Shown piece by piece: positions 56,201 to 64,000 of a stretch of 64,000 nt of DNA. Under the pieces are notes generated by a model, which saw only the letters and a list, made by a program, of their open reading frames with translations, did no database searches and was not told the DNA's origin. A program made the position numbers and the translations under genes. Within the stretch, counting starts at the first letter, position 1; every line of letters starts with the position of its first letter. Where the stretch lies: the NCBI RefSeq assembly GCF_964355755.1, contig NC_092671.1, forward strand, positions 744,001 to 808,000, in the 5' to 3' direction. Origin of the DNA: Antedon mediterranea (Eukaryota; Animalia; Echinodermata).

Positions 56201-59200
56201 AAATATAAATAAATATAAATTTCAATTCTGGACTCACCATGACATCAAATAATAAAATATTTTGAAAATAATAATGTTTTAATATAGATGCAAAAATCAA
56301 ATTAGATTTTGTTAAATTTAAATTCTAAATCTTAAAGAAAAATAGGAAATATTAGTGTTTATTCATACCACTTTAAAATGTCAATATTGTATTCATAGAA
56401 TTTTGGAATGGTATGACCCCTTGCTGAGTAAACTGTTGTCATCGCTAAATATCGGTATGGCCAGCGGCCTAGCTGACCTACTAAAACCAATGGATGGTCA
56501 GTTACTGATTATGATGGATGCATGATGAGAATCACAGGTGTCCAGAAGATGGCCGCCACTGCTGCTGTGGTGGGAGAAAGTTCAGAAATGTAGAGTAGAG
56601 TTTTCAACACCCACAGTTTGTATTTCAATTGCCTCAAAATGAGAATTGAATAATGAAACACATTAGCAATATAAAATAGATCTTAAAACAATTTATAAAT
56701 AGACATCAAGCAGCCCAACAACCAAAGAAAGGTCAATTTATGATTGGGATGAAACTACTGTAGGTGATGCAAATAATATTACACTATCCCAAGTCATTAA
56801 AGCTGTATTCTCATACACTAGAGTAAAGCATGCATCGTCCAAATCATATTCTAGTTACATCCAATGGAAGTGCTCATGTTATTAATTAACTTTTTTATAC
56901 CGTGTTGACTCTGATTAAAATAATTCTTCGAAACTTTAATTTAACAGAAAAGATAATGGAAGACAAAAAGTGTTTTTCAGCTTCTTTTCATGATTACCAT
57001 TGGATCGTTATTTTCCCTTTCTGCTTGCAAGAAAATGGAGTTTAAGTATTCATTCACATACTATTTCATCACAAAACAAAATTCTAGAAAAACTATAAAC
57101 GCAAAATGCGCAGTAAGTTTTTTTTATAGCTTTATTCAATATTTGTATTTCTATATTTAATATTTATATTTCTATATTTGTATCATGTATTGAACAGTTA
57201 CATTTTCCCTTTAATTTTCCCTCCTTTTCAAAACATTGCAAATATTGTCTATCTTTGTATTGTGATTTTTAATGTCTTTTTATAAATTTCTTTAATCTAA
57301 TGCGCTAAAATGCAATATCTATACCTGATTTTTGTTTTTATCCTGTACAAATACATTTTTAAATAAAATTAAAATAAATTAATTAATACAATCAGAAAAT
57401 TAATATTGAGAACCAACATCTGGTAAACTATATAAAAAAAATAAAATTATCATAAAAACTTTATTTGGAATTAATGAATATTCATAAGGAACATTGTTAA
57501 TAAATATCATATCGAATGTGGTATTTGATTAAAATGTGGCCGTCCCTTTTCAAGGTTGTAATAAGCAGTTTTCTATACCTGCTTTTCGAACTGTTCAATT
57601 ACAATATGAGCTATCCCATGCATAAACTCCTACACGATTATTTTAATATTCAAATTAACGAGCGTTAGGAATCCGATATTTTCATTCCTAGTTATTAACT
57701 ACAAAAGCACAATTAAAAATTCAACAATTCTTTTCCGAATTTACAGAATTCATGCGTGGGCACAACCTTTGACCTGAGTTTAATGATTGGCTTATCAACT
57801 AAAAAGTGTATATAAGCATTCTTAATATAAGTATGTGCCTATTTAGATTACTGCATTGACATATGATTTAGTTTAAGAATTACCAGTTTCTTTTAATAAT
57901 CAATGTAAAGCTTAACTAAATAAACAGGTTTATAGTAAACAAAATGTAGTTACTGCAGTAACTGCAGTTAATCATTTTGACATGATCTGTTAAAATATGT
58001 AAAAAAAGTCAGCCCAATACCTTGATGTTAATTAACTAATGTTGATATTTTTAAAACATGTTTGTTTGGGTATTACATACATTTTTCATAAAGATAATTT
58101 CCAAATTTATTGCTTAAAATTTAAAATTCTATTATAATTAATGAGTTTATTACCATTCTCAATCTGCCAATACTTAAGTGTATTCTAAAGTATGCTATTA
58201 CCGGTTACCATATTTGTCAATAACAATTGTCAAATAAGTTTGTAATCTTGTGTGAAACGCCTCTATTGTTGCTCGTTCTCATTTTGTTTCCAAATTTCTA
58301 TCGGAAATAATCCAGCGCTTGATATAAAATTTAAGCCATTTCCTTTGTCCCTGACCATTCTAAGATTAAATTTAAAATTCCCACCTAAACTATTCAAAGT
58401 ACAATTTATTTTTGTAAAGTTAAATTTTAGATTTTAGTAAGAGTTAGAACTCGTGGGTGACCTTAACTGTGTGCAAAATAAATGTACAAAATAAGTAAAA
58501 GAAAGATCTTTATATCTATATTACTGCAGTAATGTACACTGGACAAGGAGGGCTTGGGAATTCAAACAAACTCCCTCCCCTCTCTCTTTCTGAATTTTAA
58601 ATGAAAGACTAGCAGCAATTCTGATTAACTATAGAGATTATAATAGATATTATATCATAGATAACTTTATAGCTTAATTAGCCTAGCTCGTGGTGATTTT
58701 TTTGTGGAAAATAACCCACCCCATATATAAATCTATTTAATAAGTTTGCTTATATATTTTATAAATATGTTTGAAAAATTAAAAGAAAATCTAGTATCAA
58801 AAGAAATAATTTTGGTTTGTCATCGTCACCAAGAGGACAAGCGGTCATCACGTTTATCTTGACCAGTGTCCATTGAAAGATCAAGCATGTGATCAGATTG
58901 AAAACCGGTTTGAACTGGTTGGATCATAGGTCAACGACATTAACAATGGACAGTGTCCTTCAATGGTCAGCAGCTTTACCAATCTACTCACACAGCAAGT
59001 TCAATGTTCCAAAAACACAATAAACCAGGCAAAATTTCAATTCTCGCATACGTAATTGAGAATTTTTCTCACAAGCTGTGCACAGATAGATTGTTTTTCA
59101 TCAACTAAAAACAAGCTTTAATCATTCTATTTTGATTCCTTCTTCATTAACTCCTTACAAACATTAAATTAAGCAGGAAAATGAATCAATCTTTACTTTA

Positions 59201-62200
59201 GAAACCAATCTTCAATCAAACTCAAATGAATTTCAATTCTCAAATCAAGCATAGTTAAATATTGACAAGAAATATATGTTAATTTTTTCATAATATTGTC
59301 ATATGATGAAAGCTCATAAACAGCTAGTCTTGTTGTAATTATCTCCTTATGAAATCACTATCCTAATATAGAGGTGGTTGAACCTGGAAATCTTTTTAAT
59401 TGCTCCAAGCGAATTATTTTGAAGTTAACAAAGTGTTTACAAAGAATTGTGAGAATCAGGATGACAATATAATCATTACAGAGGTCACATTCATATCACA
59501 GAAAGGTGTATAAATGTGGGTGTTTTCGTTTTGTTTGGTTTATTTATTCAACCAGCATAATAACAATGCAATAGCATACAATATAATATATAAAAATGTA
59601 AACTGCTGTTTAAGCATTTCCTTGACTGTAAATTAATGAGCAGCTTGCAAAATAAAATACCTTTTATCATATTCAAATATATATTAACAAAAATAAAAGA
59701 TGCAACAAAAAACATACAACAAACATGGTATTATAGCATTGTGCACATTTGTAAATAACAATGATGATGATGACGGTGATGTTATTATTGTTGTTGTCGT
59801 CGTCTCTGATTTTATACTGATGATGAAATAAATCAAATAATAATTAATGACAATGATTACATAACTATGATGGATAGTTTGTTTCACTCCTTATTTGGTT
59901 TATTGTTGTATATTAAAGCAGTGTATTATTGAGTAGTTACTATGTAATATTTATTATTGAATCTTTCAACCTATTGCACTCATTACAGTGCATTTGATAA
60001 GTAGCTTATTGAACTACTAACAAATAAACACTTGTATACAGAGTGACATCATTGACCCGACCTTACAGAGGAAAATGTGATGTAAACATCATAAATGTTT
60101 ACACTTGCAATTATTCATTTACTAACGTTCTTGAACTCTGATTGGTCAGGATGGAGTCAAAGATCGATTGTTAGAATATAAGATTAAACATTTACGCAAG
60201 TTAATTGTAAAAAAAACAAACGAAAATCTGACCTCATTCTCTACTGTACTAATATCAACAACAAAATTAGTTAATATTTGGCTTGGTATTTTTAAGCACA
60301 GGCTTGAATATAATGGCGCGTTTATACAACACGCTATTACATGCATATTCAAAACGCCTACGAGAAGTGTGTTGTATAACATCGAAGAGATTCCGTGTAA
60401 TGAGATTTTAATTGCAAAAAAGGCTACTTGGCTGAATCCTAAAATTTTGTGGATTCCCGGTTGCTGTTGATGTGTTGGAAGTGTCCTCATGGTATTGTTT
60501 TGACCTCTCGTTAAATAAAAGTATGTGCTGTGAAAATGTTGACCAAATCTAGTAGATAATTATGCTTTTTTTGCATATTTTAACCGATTTAGCACTTAAC
60601 ATTAACGCTAATAAAATGTTGACATAATTTGGCAAAATGTAGCATAGTTTTATCCTAATTCTAAAACATTTTTTTTTCTAATTTCAAAAGCAGATTTAAA
60701 AAATCAATAATTGAATAAACTAAATTTTAAACGAAATCATCCTTTATTGAAATCCTTAATAAACTCATATTAATTCATAATGCATGTGAGTATATATACA
60801 ACTTGGGATTATGAACTACGGTATAACAAGGTATTACGATTTAATGTATAACTGCAAGGTTTTTGTGGGGTTGACCTCGGCCCGTGTAACTGCAAGGTTT
60901 TTGTGGGGTTGACCTCGGCCCGTGTAACTGCAAGGTTTTTGTGGGATTGACCTCAGCCCGTGTAACTGCAAGGTTTTTGTGGGGTTGACCTCGGCCCGTG
61001 TAACTGCAAGGTTTTTGTGGGATTGACCTCGGCCCGTGTAACAGCTAAAAATTAAAGACGTGTTTAAATTTGTGATGTTGTATAAACACAGCCTAAGATG
61101 TAAAGGTTACACATTTACGCTAGTTAATTGTAAAAAAAACAAACGAAAATCTGACCTCATTCTCTACTGTGCTAATATATATCAATACAAATGAGTTAAT
61201 ATTCTGCTTGGTATATTTAAGCACGGGCTTTGGATATGTTATCAGCAAACATAAGCTATTATCTGAATAATCTTTAGATTCCGCAAGGTTCATATTGATT
61301 AGATAAGATTACTGCATTAGGGTTTATGTTAGGCCATAGAGATATTATCTCTATGGTTAGGCCTAAAGATTCTGAAACACCCAGGAGGCCGAGGTAGTCA
61401 AGTGATGCGTGTATTGGTGGGTTATTAGGAATTATGTAAGGCCTGATCATGGAACTTGTGGGTATAACGGGGCCTAGTCTAGGTAGACAAGTAATGTGTG
61501 TATTGGTAGGCATTAAGAATTGTGTTAGGCCATTGTAGGTATAACGAGTTAGTCCCTTTTGAATGAAATAAACAGTTTGAGAAAAGCAAATCATACTGAA
61601 ATAAAGACTTATTTCAAATGTTTAGTGAAGACGAAGGCCAAGAAAAAAAGCAAATTAGAGAACTTACTTAGACCGGTTATTGTGTAGTCCGTTACATTTG
61701 GTGCTAGGATGACAGGACCAGCCTTTACCCCATCCACGGTGTAATAAGAGATTTTGTAGCCTAAAATGTTGTCATCAACTGGCTCCCACTGAACAAATAT
61801 AACAGACTGGTTCACAAATGTAGTCCTCATATTGGGAGCTGTAATATCACCTGAAAACAATATCAATACATCGTTATAAATTGAATTCAACGAAATACTG
61901 AACATTTTTTTTTAAACAATGTAAAAAACAACACTGAAAATTTTAAAAAAAATTAAAATGTTATAACTATCCCTTTATTTTGAAGTTACAGAATTATCAA
62001 CTACAACATAGTAAATCATGTATGTATGGTAATTTTAAAATTAATGCTTGACATTGTTTAGTAATGTTTGGAAGTTTATATGTTTGATCTGAAACAGGTA
62101 ATAAAACATTTGTGACTCATTAGGCCAAGCTTTTAAACAAATCAACATAATATCACTAATTTTTAAAAAAAAGTATGTCACAAACATGACCTCGTCGTAC

Positions 62201-63572
62201 ATTGAGTCAACATTTCCATCTATTTAATGTTACAAATAACAAGATTATAAAATCCATTTACTTATTATGTTGACCTAAGTTAATAGTTATAGAGGGTTTA
62301 TTGAGGAGATACACATTAATGATGAAATAAATTGTTAGAAGAAACAAAATATTTTTATTCATTAATGTAGAGATTTTTGTTAGGGCTCATTGTTCTATCA
62401 ACTTGTTTTTAATATTCAATCATTTTGTTTTTAATAATCAATATGGAACAACTCCATCTTTAGTTTTATTAATTTGTTTCAGCAAAATAACAACCATGAT
62501 TTCTTAGAATTTCATTACATAAATTAAATTCTGTATTTATTTTCTACTTAAAGAGAGTACATGTAAACAAGTTATTAAATTATTTTTATTTTCATTTGAT
62601 TTTAGATTTATTTTGAATTCAAAAGAACAAAGCATACATAAATGGATACAAAATTAGAATTAAACCTGGTTATAAATAATCAGAATTTCAATTCTATTAT
62701 TCAATAAAACAAATTATATTTCCAATTTGGTCCATAATTCAGAGGAACCAATTATTATGAACATATAATATGGTTAAAATATAGAAAAAAGCTTGAGTGA
62801 TATATAATAATATAATTGTACAAATATTGTTAAAAATCAAGAAAAACATCTAGAAGAAGGCAGAGATTAAAATTCTTTAAATTACTCAATGTGAACAAAA
62901 AAATTACCTGGACGAGTTCCTGGAATTAGAGTCCTCTTCTTCGTCCATCCTGACCAAGGCCCTTTGCCAATAATCGTGGCAGCTGATATGCGAACTTCAT
63001 ATTCCGATCCAGGTCGAAGGTCATTGATGACTGTACCGTTTTCTTTTCCGTTTACTTCTACATCATTGGATGTTTTATCTCCGTATTCTCTGTACTGAAT
63101 ACTGTATTGTATGATCACGCCATTGGCGTACTCTAGCGGCATTTTCTGCCATTTAATGTCAAGTGATGTAGCTGTGTTGCTTGCTAATGAAAACTTGGGT
63201 ACATCTGTTGGTTCTAAATGATTCAAATTCAATGGTCAGTGATGGGTCAAGGATTTTTAGATAGGGGGGTAAACATTTTGTAAAAAATGATTTTGAAGGT
63301 AATTGGATTTCCGCTAAAATTTCATGTAAATTTATTAACCTTATGCATTTAATTTATTTATTATATTTATTTATATAAAATTTGTTTACTAATGTAAAAA
63401 AGTATAAGGGATTACTTACTGTCAGGCTGGGTCCTGATGTAAACATATTCCGAGGGGTCACTGACCCCATTGCTATTGTACGCAAGTACATAAATTGTAT
63501 AATTGGTAAATGGATGTAATTTTGGTATTTCTACAGGATAGCTATCGTGAAAAATAGATTTATCTATTCCGC
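44247..63572 (-). CDS. PRTG: Protogenin-like (DCC/neogenin/IGDCC family) FN3 receptor, 3' part; Ig-domain exons expected beyond the window end
   Basis: Exons 63572-63420, 63213-62908, 61850-61668, 49822-49727, 48473-48275, 47289-47156, 46822-46643, 46040-45849, 45541-45430 (TM LMGLMLGFGIVVGCIFCCVAILLGV), 45223-45046, 44744-44247; phases consistent. About 4.5 FN3 repeats. Motifs recalled from protogenin: VRISAAT..G.G.W..W, GYKI.Y...GPVIL, cytoplasmic PNFIDAKG. C-terminus ...REYTV*. The symbol rests on recalled similarity; an IGDCC3/4-like identity is the alternative. Confidence 0.8.
44808..44890. mobile_element. MITE family A internal fragment
   Basis: caaatatggtagtgata..gtccatatatgggcacatcacattttttt without TIRs. 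Confidence 0.65.
45262..45328 (-). mobile_element. tRNA-derived SINE head or tRNA pseudogene
   Basis: A-box-like TGGTCTAGAAG, anticodon-like arm ccggg-ctAGTga-tttgg, B box AGTTCGAGTCC; no paired acceptor stem. Confidence 0.5.
46446..46586. mobile_element. MITE family A copy
   Basis: gctctgtctacattatcaaact...agtttgatagtgtaaacagagc. Confidence 0.8.
47405..47558 (-). mobile_element. tRNA-derived SINE
   Basis: Minus strand: GGAGCTGTAGCTTGTTGGTTAACATGC (A box) ... GGGTTCAATCC (B box), then an unrelated body. Confidence 0.65.
47737..47984. repeat. 48-bp minisatellite x5
   Basis: tgaaatcatgaacagatcatgatcaccatcagatatcaaaccacttta. Confidence 0.93.
48691..48822. mobile_element. MITE family A copy
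   Basis: aagctctgtctacactatcaaac...gtttaataatgtagacagagctt. Confidence 0.8.
50322..50857. repeat. 36-bp perfect minisatellite, ~15 copies
   Basis: caagaggttatactctacatatactctagtaaacct; explains ORFs 50220-50912 and 50313-50828. Confidence 0.97.
51160..51227 (+). mobile_element. LINE/SINE 3' terminal stub (second copy at ~63774-63843)
   Basis: gagggcc..atgctgtttaggg..accctctataaa.aaggtt followed by an A-rich tail at both places. Confidence 0.6.
60185..61230. repeat. Pair of ~120-bp direct repeats (60185-60306 and 61107-61230)
   Basis: acatttacgc.agttaattgtaaaaaaaacaaacgaaaatctgacctcattctctactgt...aagcac.ggctt present twice. Confidence 0.85.
60846..61042. repeat. 38-bp minisatellite x5
   Basis: tgtaactgcaaggtttttgtggggttgacctcggcccg. 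Confidence 0.93.
61328..61362. mobile_element. P-superfamily-like excision footprint with 7-bp TSD
   Basis: gttaggc | CATAGAGATA t TATCTCTATG | gttaggc. Related copies at 24371-24404, 51230-51283 and 53609-53651. Confidence 0.65.
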
Positions 63573-64000
63573 CTACAAATTAGAAAAAGTAAGCAAAACA
63601 AGACGATGATTTAAGTGGAACTATAAGATACGGTATGAACTTAAGTTCAGTAACATTGGGAAGGTTCAGGCATAGTTATTTACTGGCTAAGTTGGTGCTT
63701 TACCCACCAAAGTTAGCGATAATTCAATGAAACCAACTTAGCAGGTAAGTATTAGTGTATAGTTTGTTTATATGAGGGCCTCTTGATTGTCAGCATATGC
63801 TGTTTAGGGTCACCCTCTATAAATAAGGTTAAATAAAAAAAAACATTTGAATAAAAGAAAAAAATGAATAAAAAAGTTAACTAAGACCAATGGGTCATTA
63901 TGGGCTACGTTTCAAAAATTGATATTTGGGTAAAAAGTTTATTTAAACACAAATTCTCACCACTTGTTTCAAAATAATGAACACCATATCCAAGAACAGG

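Noticed and set aside
56522-56600. C/D-box snoRNA (ATGATGA)
   Set aside because: No suitably placed CTGA D box or terminal stem, and it is antisense to the host gene.

Overview
AT-rich, intron-rich animal DNA, probably an invertebrate deuterostome such as an echinoderm (inferred, not proven). Four spliced genes were rebuilt by hand from GT-AG boundaries and phase continuity. (1) + strand 116-22013: the 3' part of a giant fibropellin/Notch-like membrane protein with 28 EGF exons, one CUB exon, 10 more EGF exons, a TM helix and a ~6-residue tail. (2) + strand 24660-31651: a complete 7-exon, 209-aa divergent Rab GTPase of the Rab8/10/13/15 type. (3) - strand 39552-33102: a complete 11-exon, 403-aa TEX9 orthologue. 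(4) - strand 63572-44247: the 3' part of a protogenin (PRTG)-like FN3 receptor with an 11.8-kb intron. Introns carry many minisatellites, several MITE families, LINE/SINE ends and Penelope-like remnants. Most long ORFs in the supplied track are artefacts of these repeats. The most unusual signals are: a set of 20-42 bp CA..TG mini-palindromes, each between 7-bp direct repeats, that look like P-element/Galileo excision footprints; TA-GGCC-TA-type scars clustered at gene 5' ends, one apparently inserted at a TA; a 75-bp minisatellite that has multiplied a TEX9 exon end and its splice donor 13 times; and PRTG-TEX9 linkage like that in vertebrates.
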